Counted from the stretch's first letter, positions 46,610 to 57,696 are shown. The stretch: 64,000 nucleotides of DNA from Acidobacteriaceae bacterium (GCA_049796755.1 JBARFA010000005.1:2625-66624); one strand, 5' to 3'. A program made the numbers and translations. Notes: generated by a model not told the origin, from the sequence alone.

Positions 46610-49600
46610 ATGGCAATGTTCTGGGAGTTTTTTACATTTGAACTTCGTTTCCGTCTGAAAAGCATCTCGACGTACGTCTACTTTGTGCTCTGGTTTACCT
46701 ACTCGTTTCTCTGCGTAGCGTCAGAGAGTTTCGGTCCAAGCGGATTTTCCAACGGCAAAGTCCTGCTGAACGGCCCTTACGCCAACAGCTTTAACGATCT
46801 TTACGCGTGCCTGTTCGGCATGATTATTATTGCCGCTATCTTTGGTACGTCGATTCTGCGCGACTTTCAGCGCGACACCTACCAGATACTGTTCACCAAG
46901 CCGATCACGAAGTTCGCCTACCTGGGCGGACGATGGGCTGGCTCACTTGTGACGACGGTACTGGTGTTTTCTGGATTGATGTTCGGCACCTTCGCGGGCA
47001 CGTTCGCCCCCTGGGCCGATCACACGCGGATCGCGCCGAACCACCTGTGGTGGTATCTGCAGCCGTTTCTTTCCATCGTCGTCATCCAGATCTTTTTTCT
47101 CGGCTCGCTCTTTTTCACGATTGCGGCACTGACCCGCAAGCTCTTCATCGTGTACCTGCAGGGCGTCACTCTGTTCATGATCTACGTCATTGGTATCACG
47201 GTGTATTCGGCGACGCGCTCGCTGGAGCATTTCTGGTCGGGAATTCTGGATCCCATTGGGTTGATCCTGAACGATAACGTCACCCGCTACTGGACCGTAA
47301 TCGAGAAGAACACGCTACTGCTTCCGTGGAATTTTTCCGGTGATTCGCCCGGTGTTTTCCTCTATAACCGACTGCTGTGGACGGCTGTCGGACTGGTGGC
47401 GCTGGTGGTCGCGTGGCGTTTCTTTCCTATCTCTGTCGAGGCACTCACCTCCAAATCGCAAAGTCGTCGTGCCGCAAAAGCAACGCTTCAGGATGAGGAA
47501 GAAAAGCGTTCAGTCCGCTCGCTGGTGGTCGCGAAATTACCGCGCATACGGCAGATTTTCGGTGCCCGCACCTCGTGGATCCAATATTTGTCGCTGACAC
47601 GGTTACGTATTCGAACCATCCGACGCGAAGTTTTTTTCTGGGCCATTGTCGGCCTGATGATTGTGTTCGCCATCAATAATGGCCACTTCGCGGGCCATCT
47701 CGGTGACGAGAATGTCTGGCCGGTCACCTACCTGATGCTGCAGGCGGTTGAGGGCGGCGCAACTCTGTTCTTCTACATCGTTGCGGTCTTCTACTCGGCG
47801 GAACTGATCTGGCGCGAGCGGGATAACCACTTCGACGGCATCCACGATGCGCTGCCAATTTCAGAGACCACCGACTGGCTCTCGAAACTCACGGCGATCG
47901 CGTTCGTCGAACTGGTTCTGCTGGCGGTCACGATGCTTGTCGGTGTCCTGATGCAGACCATCGCCGGCTACTACCATTACGAGTTCCTGCAATATTTCAA
48001 GGAACTGTACCTGATCACTTTCCCGCAGATCATGGGCATCGCGCTGTTGTCGATGTTTGTGCAGACCATCGTTTCAAACAAATTCGTCGGCTATGGAATT
48101 GTGATCGGCATTGTGGTGCTGCAGCCGATTCTCTTCAACTTTGGATGGGAAAACACCCTGTACCTTGTCGGCTGGGTCCCACCGTATACCTACTCCGACA
48201 TGAATGGCTACGGACATTTTGTTCCCATAATTTTCTGGTCCATTACATACTGGTTCGCGATATTTGCACTGCTGGGTGTCATTTCCATCGCGTATACACG
48301 CCGCGGAACAGAAGATTCGCTGGCGGCGAGGACGCGACTAGCGTTGGCCAGAGCGCCACGATTGGCTCCGGCAGCCATTGTATTTCTCTTGCTCGCAGTC
48401 GGATCGGGAGCCTGGTACTTTTACAACGCACACGTGTTGAATGAATTTCTGACGGCCAAAGATCGGCGGAATATCCAGGCTGGATACGAACGCGATTTTA
48501 AGAAGTACCAGTTGTTCCCCCAGCCCAAGGTGACAGCGGTCGACACCGACATCAACATCTATCCTGCGCGCAGATCGTTCGATGGCACGGCCCGGATTAC
48601 GCTGCAAAACAAGACGGACCAGCCAATTTCTCAGATTCACATTACCGACGAGCAACAGGCCGTTTCGAACGTCAGATTCGATCGGCCGTTCCACCTGGTC
48701 AGCCGTGCGCCGCGCGATCTATATTCCATCTACGCACTGGATCAGCCGCTGGCTCCTGGAGATGTCGTCACGCTCACGTGCACGGTGTCGCACACCACGC
48801 GCGGCTTCCGCGACGGCAATGAGCTCCCGGAGTTTGCCTACAACGGGACATTTTTCGACTCGAGTTTTTTCCCGACGATCGGATATGACCAGAGCTATGA
48901 ACTCTCCGACCCGCGCCGCCGCCGCGAAGAACACCTTGGCAAGCTGCAGGAGATGGCGCAGCGTGGAGATCCGGTCTATTCGCGCAGAAATCTTTTCGTT
49001 CCCAGTTCAGACTGGATTACCTTCCACACCATCGTCAGCACCTCGGCGGATCAAATCGCCATCGCTCCGGGCTATTTGCAGCGCACCTGGAAGCAGAACA
49101 ACCGGTATTACTACGAATACAGCATGGGATCCACGCACATCGCCGATTTCTTCGCGTTTCTGTCGGCTCGATACGCTACCCGAAAAGAGATCTACCACGG
49201 CCCCAACGGACCGGTGAACCTTGAGGTCTACTACTACCCCACTCACACCTACGATATTGATGACATGCTTGCCGCCAGCCGCGCCGGCCTCGATTATTAC
49301 CAGACCCACTACAGTCCGTATCAGTTCACGCAATATCGCATCATGGAGTTTCCGCGCTATCGCGACTTTGCGCAGTCGTTTCCCAACACTGTGCCATTTT
49401 CAGAGGGGATCGGTTTCATCGGACGCATGGTGCATAAGAATGATATCGACCTGACGTATTTTGTCACTGCACACGAGCTGGGCCATCAATGGTGGGGCCA
49501 TCAGCTGATCGGCGGGCAGGTGCAAGGGTCGAACATGCTGTCGGAAACTCTGGCGCAGTATTCCGCCTACATGGTTGTGCAGCACAGATACGGCAAGGAC

Positions 49601-50302
49601 TACATGCACAGAGTCCTGCGCCACTTTCTCGATCGCTATCTGCGAGGCCGTGCAGGAGAAATTCGTCATGAGCCGCCGCTGTCCTTGGTGCAACGCGAAC
49701 CATACGTCTGGTATGAAAAGGGCGGCCAGATCATGTACACCCTCGCCGACTATATTGGCGAGGACAAGATGGATCTGGCGCTGCACAACTTCCTGATGCA
49801 GTACCGGTATGCGAATGCCAACAACCAGGCAGACGCCGCCGACAGCACGCGCGGCGCCGGTACGCAAGACCAGCCCTATCCGGACACACGCATGCTGATC
49901 GCGGCCATTCGCGCCCAGACGCCGCCACAGTTCCAATACATGATCGATGACGGTTTCAATCGCATCGTGATCTACGATAACAAGGCCCTGTCAGCGACCT
50001 CTCAGAAGACAGCGGATGGTAAATACAAAGTCACGCTGAAAGTCCAGGCGCGCAAGTTCCAGGCAGACGGCAATGGATTTGAGACTCGGATGCCGCTGGC
50101 CGACTATATCGAAATCGGCGTCTTCACCGGCAAGAAGGATGAGGAAAAGCCCCTGTATATGCAGAAAGTAAAAATGACACAGGAGCACGAGACCTACACC
50201 ATCGTTGTGGATCAGCAACCCACACGCGCCGGAATCGATCCGTACAACAAATTGATTGACCGCATAGCCGACGACAACATGATTGATGTAACCCGTGAAT
50301 AA
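46610..50302 (+). CDS. ABC-2 permease fused to M1-family (gluzincin) peptidase domain
   Basis: The N-terminal about 560 aa is polytopic and hydrophobic. The C-terminal half carries HELGH (49472-49486) with a downstream Glu in MLSETLAQY, and a degenerate GXMEN-like RIMEFP. Confidence 0.85.
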   Translation: MAMFWEFFTFELRFRLKSISTYVYFVLWFTYSFLCVASESFGPSGFSNGKVLLNGPYANSFNDLYACLFGMIIIAAIFGTSILRDFQRDTYQILFTKPITKFAYLGGRWAGSLVTTVLVFSGLMFGTFAGTFAPWADHTRIAPNHLWWYLQPFLSIVVIQIFFLGSLFFTIAALTRKLFIVYLQGVTLFMIYVIGITVYSATRSLEHFWSGILDPIGLILNDNVTRYWTVIEKNTLLLPWNFSGDSPGVFLYNRLLWTAVGLVALVVAWRFFPISVEALTSKSQSRRAAKATLQDEEEKRSVRSLVVAKLPRIRQIFGARTSWIQYLSLTRLRIRTIRREVFFWAIVGLMIVFAINNGHFAGHLGDENVWPVTYLMLQAVEGGATLFFYIVAVFYSAELIWRERDNHFDGIHDALPISETTDWLSKLTAIAFVELVLLAVTMLVGVLMQTIAGYYHYEFLQYFKELYLITFPQIMGIALLSMFVQTIVSNKFVGYGIVIGIVVLQPILFNFGWENTLYLVGWVPPYTYSDMNGYGHFVPIIFWSITYWFAIFALLGVISIAYTRRGTEDSLAARTRLALARAPRLAPAAIVFLLLAVGSGAWYFYNAHVLNEFLTAKDRRNIQAGYERDFKKYQLFPQPKVTAVDTDINIYPARRSFDGTARITLQNKTDQPISQIHITDEQQAVSNVRFDRPFHLVSRAPRDLYSIYALDQPLAPGDVVTLTCTVSHTTRGFRDGNELPEFAYNGTFFDSSFFPTIGYDQSYELSDPRRRREEHLGKLQEMAQRGDPVYSRRNLFVPSSDWITFHTIVSTSADQIAIAPGYLQRTWKQNNRYYYEYSMGSTHIADFFAFLSARYATRKEIYHGPNGPVNLEVYYYPTHTYDIDDMLAASRAGLDYYQTHYSPYQFTQYRIMEFPRYRDFAQSFPNTVPFSEGIGFIGRMVHKNDIDLTYFVTAHELGHQWWGHQLIGGQVQGSNMLSETLAQYSAYMVVQHRYGKDYMHRVLRHFLDRYLRGRAGEIRHEPPLSLVQREPYVWYEKGGQIMYTLADYIGEDKMDLALHNFLMQYRYANANNQADAADSTRGAGTQDQPYPDTRMLIAAIRAQTPPQFQYMIDDGFNRIVIYDNKALSATSQKTADGKYKVTLKVQARKFQADGNGFETRMPLADYIEIGVFTGKKDEEKPLYMQKVKMTQEHETYTIVVDQQPTRAGIDPYNKLIDRIADDNMIDVTRE

Positions 50303-50447
50303 AATTCCGCGCGAACAGTGACGGCGCTTTTTGTACGGACCTGGCTTTGCATATGTCTTTGCAAAAAAGACGACGCGCCAGGAAATTAGCTCGACAGGTA
50401 CAAGATTCCGTGTCACGATGCGATAGAAATTTCGGTATGGATACCGC

Positions 50448-51965
50448 ATGAGCGGCTCAACGAAACTCTCTTCTGCCCCCGCGCGCCTGCGGGACCGCCT
50501 GCTGAGCGGATATGAGCCCGCGCCTCCAGAGTCTATTTCGCGGCTCGAATATTACCCCTGGCTCGTTGTCGGCGCCACCTGCATCGGCGCCTTCATCGGC
50601 CAGCTGGATGCCAGCATCGTCCAGCTGGCACTGCCCGCACTGGAGCGTGAATTCCACGCCACACTGACGGCCGTCAGCTGGGTCGCTATTGCCTACCTGG
50701 TGGCGCTTGCATCCCTTTTGCCTGTTTTCGCACGCCTGTCTGAAATCTTCGGGCGGAAACTTCTCTATCTCGGTGGCTATGGGATGTTCACCGCAGCCTC
50801 CCTGATGTGCGGATTGGTTGGGCGGCTGGATCTGCTCATCCTGTTCCGCGTGATTCAAGGAGTGGGCGGAGCGCTATTGGGCGCCAACAGCCTTACTATT
50901 CTAGTGAAAGCGGCTGGACCTGCGAGACGCGGCCGCGCCATGGGATTATTCGCCGCTGCTCAGGCTGTAGGCATCAGCGCAGGGCCTGTCGTTGGCGGTG
51001 TGCTGCTGGGAATGCTGGGATGGCGCTGGGTGTTTTGGGTTTCTGTCCCATTCGGACTCGCAGGTATTGTCTTCGGCTGGTTCGTTTTGCCGAAGACTGC
51101 CGGCCTGGCAGTGGAGAAGCGATTCGACTGGAAGGGTGCACTGCTTTTGACGCCTGCCGTTGTCTCGCTGGTCGTCATCTTGAGCGAATTTCGCGCTTGG
51201 GGTCCGCGCTCAATCCCGTTGATCGGCACCGTTCTGGCAGCCGCAGTTCTGTTGCCGCTTTTTGCCTGGCGCGAACGCAAAGCAGCGGCTCCTCTGATTG
51301 ACCTTCATCTGTTTCGCATTCCGGCCTTTACCGGCGGCGTGATCGCGGTAAACCTTTCCTATGCGCTGTTGTATTCCATGTTCTTCCTGATGTCCTTCGC
51401 GTTCATTCGCGGCTTTGGTGATTCGCCGATTTCGGCCGGCCTCCGTCTCGCCATTATTCCAGTTGCACTGGGGCTGGTAGCACCCATCAGCGGCGCTATG
51501 TATGAGCGGTTGGGCGCCAGAACTGTGACGACTGTGGGTATGGCGCTTTCCCTTGGCGCTATGGTTTTGTTGTCAAAAACGCTCACTGGTGCGCTTGGGG
51601 GTGGCATTCCACGAATGGGTGCGCTGGCTCTGTTCGGCATTGGGCTCGGATTGTTCGTCGCCCCGAATAACAGTGCCACCATCGCTGCGGCTCCAGAAGA
51701 TCGTTCCGGCGAGGCAGGGGGCATGCTGAACCTGATGCGGGTGCTGGGATGCATCGTGGGTGTGGCGACGGCTTCCACCGCGCTTTCATGGCGCCTCGCG
51801 GTAATGACCGGCGTAGGAGACCACACCCTGGGCGTTCCCACACAAACGGTGCTGACGGCGGCGAATAATGTGTTGTGGATCCTGGGCACATTTGGAGTGG
51901 TTGCGGGGATTGCGGCTCTGATGCGCTCCCATCTTCAACCGTCACCCGCCCAAGCGGCCCGGTAG
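50448..51965 (+). CDS. MFS transporter, DHA2 (EmrB/QacA-like, 14-TMS) family
   Basis: 505 aa with about 14 hydrophobic segments and a motif-A-like GRLSEIFGRK-type loop (ARLSEIFGRKLL). Confidence 0.85.
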   Translation: MSGSTKLSSAPARLRDRLLSGYEPAPPESISRLEYYPWLVVGATCIGAFIGQLDASIVQLALPALEREFHATLTAVSWVAIAYLVALASLLPVFARLSEIFGRKLLYLGGYGMFTAASLMCGLVGRLDLLILFRVIQGVGGALLGANSLTILVKAAGPARRGRAMGLFAAAQAVGISAGPVVGGVLLGMLGWRWVFWVSVPFGLAGIVFGWFVLPKTAGLAVEKRFDWKGALLLTPAVVSLVVILSEFRAWGPRSIPLIGTVLAAAVLLPLFAWRERKAAAPLIDLHLFRIPAFTGGVIAVNLSYALLYSMFFLMSFAFIRGFGDSPISAGLRLAIIPVALGLVAPISGAMYERLGARTVTTVGMALSLGAMVLLSKTLTGALGGGIPRMGALALFGIGLGLFVAPNNSATIAAAPEDRSGEAGGMLNLMRVLGCIVGVATASTALSWRLAVMTGVGDHTLGVPTQTVLTAANNVLWILGTFGVVAGIAALMRSHLQPSPAQAAR

Positions 51966-51991
51966 CAAACCCCTCCGCCGAAGAGACTTGA

Positions 51992-52639
51992 TCATAGAGC
52001 CCATCGAACTTTGCCCGCATGCAGGCGAGGTTTACTTCGTAAGTATTTGGCCGGAATTGGATGTGCCGGCGACTCAGCATCCCAAAAGATATTCACGATC
52101 CAATAGCGCTTGCCATCGTTCAGCAGCTGAAAACTGTTGATGCCCCGGGCGAAGGGTTTGGCATCATCGGCATTGTGGCGAGATTCGTAGGTGCTCCAAA
52201 TTTGAACAATATTTCCGAACTGCTCCACATCATTATGAATCGAGTGCTCGAAGAAACCGTTGGCGGTCATTCTTCCGCTGCTGCGCGCGATGTAATCATC
52301 AATCGTAAGCAGGACAGCGTCTGTGTGGGCGGCCTTATCCCCAGTCGCAGCGACAGTGATGGCAGGGATGAGGCGGGCGCCTGGGATAAACAGGGACCGC
52401 ATTCGATTCCAATCGCGCGCCTGTCCTCTGCCGCCGGAAATTACGTCGTACACCGCGTTCAGAATGGCTTCGGGCGATTTCACATCCTCCGGTTTCGCGG
52501 CGGGCCAGTCGGGATGCGCGGCGATCGCGCCAACAAGCGGCGGCAACGGCGGCGGGACCGCAGGCTTGGTAGTTTGCGCAGTGACCCCTAGACTGAAAAG
52601 CGCGAGGACGAGCGACGCCGGTAGATATCTTGCTTGCAT
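51992..52639 (-). CDS. secreted hypothetical protein, possibly NTF2-like fold
   Basis: Signal peptide (ARYLPASLVLALFSLGVTAQ) and an alpha+beta pattern ending in YWIVNIFWD. ATG at 52639 with GGAGAA upstream. Confidence 0.45.
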   Translation of the reverse strand: MQARYLPASLVLALFSLGVTAQTTKPAVPPPLPPLVGAIAAHPDWPAAKPEDVKSPEAILNAVYDVISGGRGQARDWNRMRSLFIPGARLIPAITVAATGDKAAHTDAVLLTIDDYIARSSGRMTANGFFEHSIHNDVEQFGNIVQIWSTYESRHNADDAKPFARGINSFQLLNDGKRYWIVNIFWDAESPAHPIPAKYLRSKPRLHAGKVRWAL

Positions 52640-52890
52640 GATGGGTTCTCCGTCAAGTGACAAAAGTTACTCTACTGGCCGGCGCTGATGCATGGTAGAT
52701 AAAAGTGTGAGGTGCGCCAGCGTATTGCGGCAGGCTTATCCGGCAATCGGGTAGAGTGCGATGCAATTCTGGAACGCTATACTGTGTTTCTCGAAGCCGA
52801 AGCGGTGCGGTCGTCTACCCGCTCTATCTATTTGTGTGTGAACATGAATTTCCCGGAATGGCAATTCGTTGCCGGTGAGGATCCATCAAT

Positions 52891-53697
52891 ATGTATTGGG
52901 TTTACGATCTGCCAAACTGGCTGTTTGAGCTGCTCACCATATCTCTGTTTATCGCCTTCGGCCTGGCAGGACTGCTCGCCAGTCGGAGGATGATTCGCCG
53001 CGTTCACCTGCAGCACTCCTACAACGACATCGTCGGATTTTATCTGGCCGGAATCACGGTTCTGTACGGAGTTACGCTAGGCCTGCTGGCGATCGGAGCG
53101 TGGACGACCTATACCGACACAGAAGCGAAGGTGGCTCGAGAGGCGGCGGCCGTCGCCAGCCTCTATCGCACCGTCGGAAGCTTGGAAGAGCCGATGCGGA
53201 GCGTGCTGCAACAGGATATTCGCGACTACACCATAAGTGTCATTAAGATTGGCTGGCCGGAACAGCAGCGAGGAATTGTCCCCACCGAAAACCGCGTCGC
53301 GCTGGATAAGTTTCGCCGGGATTTTCGCAAGTGGGAACCGGCCACCGAGGCGGACAAAGTTCTTGAGCAGGATATCTCGCGAGAATTCGACGCTCTCGAA
53401 ACAACTCGCAGCATCCGTCTGGACAGCGTAACGGACGAACTACCGTCACCCCTGTGGGCGTTAATTATGATAGGCGCGGCGATCTGTATCATCTCAACCT
53501 GGTTCTTTCATATGCAGAGCTTGAAAATGCACATCTGGATGACCGTCCTTTTCTCCGCACTGATCGGGCTGATGGTGTTTATGGTGGCGGCGCTCGATAA
53601 TCCCTATCGCGGAAAAATCAGCGTGAAACCCGAGCCTTTGGAGCGCGTATATCAGCAGATGATCCATCCGCGCCAGTATCCCGGACCAACGCAATGA
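52891..53697 (+). CDS. DUF4239-like membrane protein
   Basis: Two N-terminal and two C-terminal TM segments flank a soluble helical region. Its stop overlaps the start of the SDR gene (ATGA). Confidence 0.5.
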   Translation: MYWVYDLPNWLFELLTISLFIAFGLAGLLASRRMIRRVHLQHSYNDIVGFYLAGITVLYGVTLGLLAIGAWTTYTDTEAKVAREAAAVASLYRTVGSLEEPMRSVLQQDIRDYTISVIKIGWPEQQRGIVPTENRVALDKFRRDFRKWEPATEADKVLEQDISREFDALETTRSIRLDSVTDELPSPLWALIMIGAAICIISTWFFHMQSLKMHIWMTVLFSALIGLMVFMVAALDNPYRGKISVKPEPLERVYQQMIHPRQYPGPTQ

Positions 53698-54470
53698 GGC
53701 TGGATCATCGCACCGCGTTGGTTACTGGCGCGAGTAATGGAGTCGGCAAAGGCATTGCCCTCGCTCTAGGCCGGGCCGGATGTAACGTTGCCGTGAATTA
53801 TTTCACCGATGCTCAAGGAGCTGAGAATACTGTCTCCGAGCTGCGGAACATGGGTGCGGATGCGTTTCCTGTTTTCGCTAACGTTGGCAGTGATTTCGAT
53901 GTGAAAGAAATGTTCGCCGCGGTCGACGAGCGATTTCATCACATCGATATTCTGGTGAATAACGCCGGCGTTCAGACCTGGGGACCGTTGATTGACCTGG
54001 AAGAAGCGGAATGGGACCGAGTGATGGATACGAATTTGAAGGGCTGCTTTCTTTGTACGCAAGCGGCAGCCCGAAGGATGCGCAACCGGTCAAGTGGTGT
54101 CATTGTCAACATCGGTTCCGGAAGCAACAAAGTTCCTTTTCTAAACCTTGCCTCCTATACGACAAGCAAGGGCGGAATTGAGATGTTGACGAAAGCCGCC
54201 GCGGTCGAACTAGGCCCGTACGGAATCCGCGTGAACTGTGTCGCTCCGGGAGCGATCGCCATTGAACGGACAGAGCTGGAAGCGCCTGGATATAGTGACG
54301 CGTGGGCGGATATCACGCCATTGCGACGCATCGGAACTCCGCAGGATGTTGGCGATCTGGTTGTTTTTCTGGCGACGGAACAAGCATCCTTTATTACCGG
54401 GCAGACAATCTGGGTGGATGGCGCCGCCTTTACCCAGCCACGCTGGCCACACGAGAAATACAAAACTTGA
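53694..54470 (+). CDS. SDR family oxidoreductase
   Basis: TGASNGVGKG (TGxxxGxG), NNAG, and the catalytic YTTSK (YxxxK). Confidence 0.9.
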   Translation: MRLDHRTALVTGASNGVGKGIALALGRAGCNVAVNYFTDAQGAENTVSELRNMGADAFPVFANVGSDFDVKEMFAAVDERFHHIDILVNNAGVQTWGPLIDLEEAEWDRVMDTNLKGCFLCTQAAARRMRNRSSGVIVNIGSGSNKVPFLNLASYTTSKGGIEMLTKAAAVELGPYGIRVNCVAPGAIAIERTELEAPGYSDAWADITPLRRIGTPQDVGDLVVFLATEQASFITGQTIWVDGAAFTQPRWPHEKYKT

Positions 54471-54492
54471 ATGACTTCCACTCCCAATCCCG

Positions 54493-56466
54493 ATGAATAA
54501 GACATCTCTCCTGTCGGTGCTTGAGACTCCAGATCCCGGACAGTTGGACGTCGTCACGCATGCTCCGGGGCCGGCGGGACAGTTGCCGCTGACACCGGAC
54601 ATGTTGCTGCAACTGCCGTCTGGGAATCTATTTGGCCTTAGCCAAAACGTAGGCATGGGGTGGTCACCGCATGACTTGTCAGGACCTGAAGTGTTATTGC
54701 TCAGCACCCATGGAGGGATTCGCGCAGAAGATGGCACCCCGGTCGCGCTGGGCTTTCATACCGGCCATTGGGAGGTGGGATTACTGGTCGCGGAAGCGGC
54801 TCGTGCGCTGAAGTCCTCCGGCGCGGTACCTTTTGCTGCCTATTGCACCGACCCTTGTGATGGGCGAACTCAGGGCACAACGGGGATGTTCGACTCGCTG
54901 CCATTTCGCAATGATGCGGCAACAGTATTCCGGCGGCTCATGCGGTCATTGCCCACCAGAAAAGGCGTTGTTGGTTTCGCTACCTGCGACAAGGGCCTGC
55001 CCGCGATGATGATGGCGCTTGCTTCGGCGCAGACCATCCCGACTGTGCTGGTTCCCGGAGGTATCACCCTGCTGCCGGAACAAGGCGAGGACGCGGGCCT
55101 TGTGCAAACCATCGGCGCACGTTTTGCTCATGGAGAGATCGCGCTCGACTACGCCGCGGAAGTGGGATGTCGAACCTGCGCCACCCCTGGCGGTGGCTGC
55201 CAGTTCTTAGGCACGGCGGCAACCGCGCAGGTGGTCGGGGAGGCACTTGGCCTTTCTCTTCCTCACACGGCGCTGGCGCCATCCGGGCACGCGATCTGGC
55301 TGGATGGGGCAAACCGCTCTGCGGCGGCATTGTTGCGGCTGCTTGAACTGGGGTTGGGAACTCGCGATTTCCTTTGTCAGGAATCGATCCATAATGCGAT
55401 GGTGTTGCATGCTGCGTTTGGCGGATCGACGAATCTGCTGCTGCATCTTCCGGCAATTGCTTTCCACGCGGGCTTGCAGCGGCCGGACGTATCGGATTGG
55501 CTTCGAGTGAACCGCTCCGTGCCCCGCCTGGTGGATGCACTGCCGAACGGCCCGAGAAACTATGCGACCGTGCAGGTTTTTCTTGCCGGCGGCGTTCCTG
55601 AAGTGATGTTGCATTTGCGGCACGCAGGTTTGATTGATACGAGCGTCTTGACTGCCTCGGGATCCACGCTGGAGGATAGTCTGGACTGGTGGCAGCAAAG
55701 CGAACGTCGCTATGCATTGCGTGCGCGACTGAAAAAATTGGATGGCATCGACCCCGATGACGTCATCATGGGTCCCGATCGCGCCAGGGCCCGCGGCCTG
55801 ACCTCAACTCTCTGCTTCCCGGTCGGAAATATCGCCGTCGAGGGTTCGGTGATCAAGAGTACAGCCATCGATCCTTCTCTGGTCGATGAGTCCGGAGTTT
55901 TCCGCATGACAGGGCCTGCCAGAGTTTTTGTTTCGGAGTCGTCTGCGATCAGAGCCATCAAGAACGACACGATACAGCCCGGCGATATTCTCGTGCTGAT
56001 CTGCGGCGGCCCCTACGGCTCCGGCATGCAGGAGATTTATCAAGTCACCTCCGCGCTGAAGCATCTTCCCCACGGAAAACATGTGGCTGTCATTACGGAC
56101 GCCCGATTCAGCGGAGTTTCTACGGGCGCATGCATTGGACATGTTTCCCCTGAAGCGCTCGCGGGGGGAAGCGTGGGCAAAATCCTCGATGGCGACATGA
56201 TTGAAATTGTGATCGACCGGATCAAGTTGGAAGGATCGGTCAACTTTGTAGGCGAAGCCGGAGAAACGTTCGATGCGAAAGAGGGCTCACGTCGGCTAGC
56301 TCTGCGATCGCTACGCGACGATCTAGCGTCCGAACCGAATTTGCCCGACGACACTCGACTTTGGGCTGCGCTGGTGCATGCCAGCGGCGGAGTGTGGGGT
56401 GGCTGTGTCTACGACACCGACGCCATCATCCATGCTCTTGCTGTCACAGATCTTTCTGCGAAGTAA
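54493..56466 (+). CDS. IlvD/Edd-family sugar-acid dehydratase, YjhG/YagF (D-xylonate dehydratase) type
   Basis: Collinear near-identity blocks with my recollection of E. coli YjhG/YagF: [70 protein letters not shown] and LPDDTRLWA. Confidence 0.9.
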   Translation: MNKTSLLSVLETPDPGQLDVVTHAPGPAGQLPLTPDMLLQLPSGNLFGLSQNVGMGWSPHDLSGPEVLLLSTHGGIRAEDGTPVALGFHTGHWEVGLLVAEAARALKSSGAVPFAAYCTDPCDGRTQGTTGMFDSLPFRNDAATVFRRLMRSLPTRKGVVGFATCDKGLPAMMMALASAQTIPTVLVPGGITLLPEQGEDAGLVQTIGARFAHGEIALDYAAEVGCRTCATPGGGCQFLGTAATAQVVGEALGLSLPHTALAPSGHAIWLDGANRSAAALLRLLELGLGTRDFLCQESIHNAMVLHAAFGGSTNLLLHLPAIAFHAGLQRPDVSDWLRVNRSVPRLVDALPNGPRNYATVQVFLAGGVPEVMLHLRHAGLIDTSVLTASGSTLEDSLDWWQQSERRYALRARLKKLDGIDPDDVIMGPDRARARGLTSTLCFPVGNIAVEGSVIKSTAIDPSLVDESGVFRMTGPARVFVSESSAIRAIKNDTIQPGDILVLICGGPYGSGMQEIYQVTSALKHLPHGKHVAVITDARFSGVSTGACIGHVSPEALAGGSVGKILDGDMIEIVIDRIKLEGSVNFVGEAGETFDAKEGSRRLALRSLRDDLASEPNLPDDTRLWAALVHASGGVWGGCVYDTDAIIHALAVTDLSAK

Positions 56467-56989
56467 GCAATCTTGCAAGTTTCCGCACGGCGGGCGGAGA
56501 CTGCGTTGCCGCAAGATTGCCAAATCCAAGAATGAATCCGGGATGCGTCACGTCACCCAGGTAAGAGGCCGACAGAGGCCAGAGGGAGAGATTTTCTTTG
56601 GCGGCGCGCTCTGCAATTTCTCGATCGCGAGTTCCATCGGGCAACGCCACTGTCAGCTGCAAGCCGGCCTGATCGCCGAGTATTTCCACCATCGATCCCA
56701 GCTCTTTGCCGATGCTTTCTACCAGCGCTGTTCTACGCTCGTTGTAGAGAACCCTCATTCTGCGAATGTGGCGCGCAAAGTGTCCCTCGGCGATAAATTC
56801 CGCTAGCACTTCCTGATTGAACGTAGGCGCTCCAAGATCCATGGCGCGTCGTATTTTTACAAAATGGTCGACAAGGTCACGCGGTACGACCACATATCCG
56901 AGGCGTAAAGAAGGAAATAATACCTTGCTGAATGTTCCGATATAGATGACGCGTGCGTTTGCGTCGAGCAGGCGACTGAATCGTGCCAT
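56444..56989 (-). pseudogene. remnant of a MocR/GntR-type PLP-dependent regulator (C-terminal about 180 aa only)
   Basis: It contains the aminotransferase PLP-Lys region YIGTFSKVLFPSLRLGY and the C-terminal small domain. A TAA lies immediately upstream of the first ATG. There is no HTH or N-terminal half of the aminotransferase fold in any frame of the next 170 nt. Confidence 0.7.
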
Positions 56990-57225
56990 TTACTTCATCG
57001 AGTATGCGGAAGAGGTGAATCGCAATCCGCAATCAGGTGACTGGCATTATTTAGGAAAAGTGATCGAGGCGATCTCCACCGTGCATGGCACCATGCAAGC
57101 AGGCAACATTCCCCGAGAGTCGACGAACTTGACCCTGATTTAAAAAATGGGTGCGCTCTTAATCGGAGCGACATGAGACGATGCTCGGCGCCTCATGCCG
57201 CTCCGTAACTTGAATGCCGTGCGCC

Positions 57226-57696
57226 TTAGTGGTGACCGCCGCCCGAATGACCGCCGGCGCTGTTTCCACCACCATGGCTTCCTCCGCCGTGATATCCGGG
57301 CAGAGCATGTTCCGATGCTCCGCTGTGGCTAGCGTTGCCCGCGTGGCCTTGTCCATCCCGAGCTTCGTTGGCATGGAAGTTGTCGAACTTCTGATCGCCG
57401 CGTGCCGGTAACGGCCCCTTGTAACCATGGCGAGGATCATACCGGTTGTCGACATGTCCATAAAATCCATGCGGGCCGTGAAACCAGGGACCGGCTCCAA
57501 TAAATACACCACCAACAAACCAGTCTGGCCCATAGTAGCCGTAGGGAGCACAGTCATACGGCGCGTAGTCAAAATACCCGTAAGGGCACACAGGCGCCAC
57601 TCCAATACTGATAGAAACCTGGGCTGGCGCTGCGGATGTGTAACTGAAAAGTGCACCCGCAAGGATCGAGAGGGTAAGAAATTTCAGGTAGGACAT
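57226..57696 (-). CDS. secreted Tyr/Gly/Pro-rich protein with His/Gly-rich C-terminal tail
   Basis: Signal peptide MSYLKFLTLSILAGALFSYTSAAPAQV, a Cys/Tyr core VCPYGYFDYAPYDCAPYGYYGPDWF, and a tail HGGGSHGGGNSAGGHSGGGHH. Confidence 0.65.
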   Translation of the reverse strand: MSYLKFLTLSILAGALFSYTSAAPAQVSISIGVAPVCPYGYFDYAPYDCAPYGYYGPDWFVGGVFIGAGPWFHGPHGFYGHVDNRYDPRHGYKGPLPARGDQKFDNFHANEARDGQGHAGNASHSGASEHALPGYHGGGSHGGGNSAGGHSGGGHH

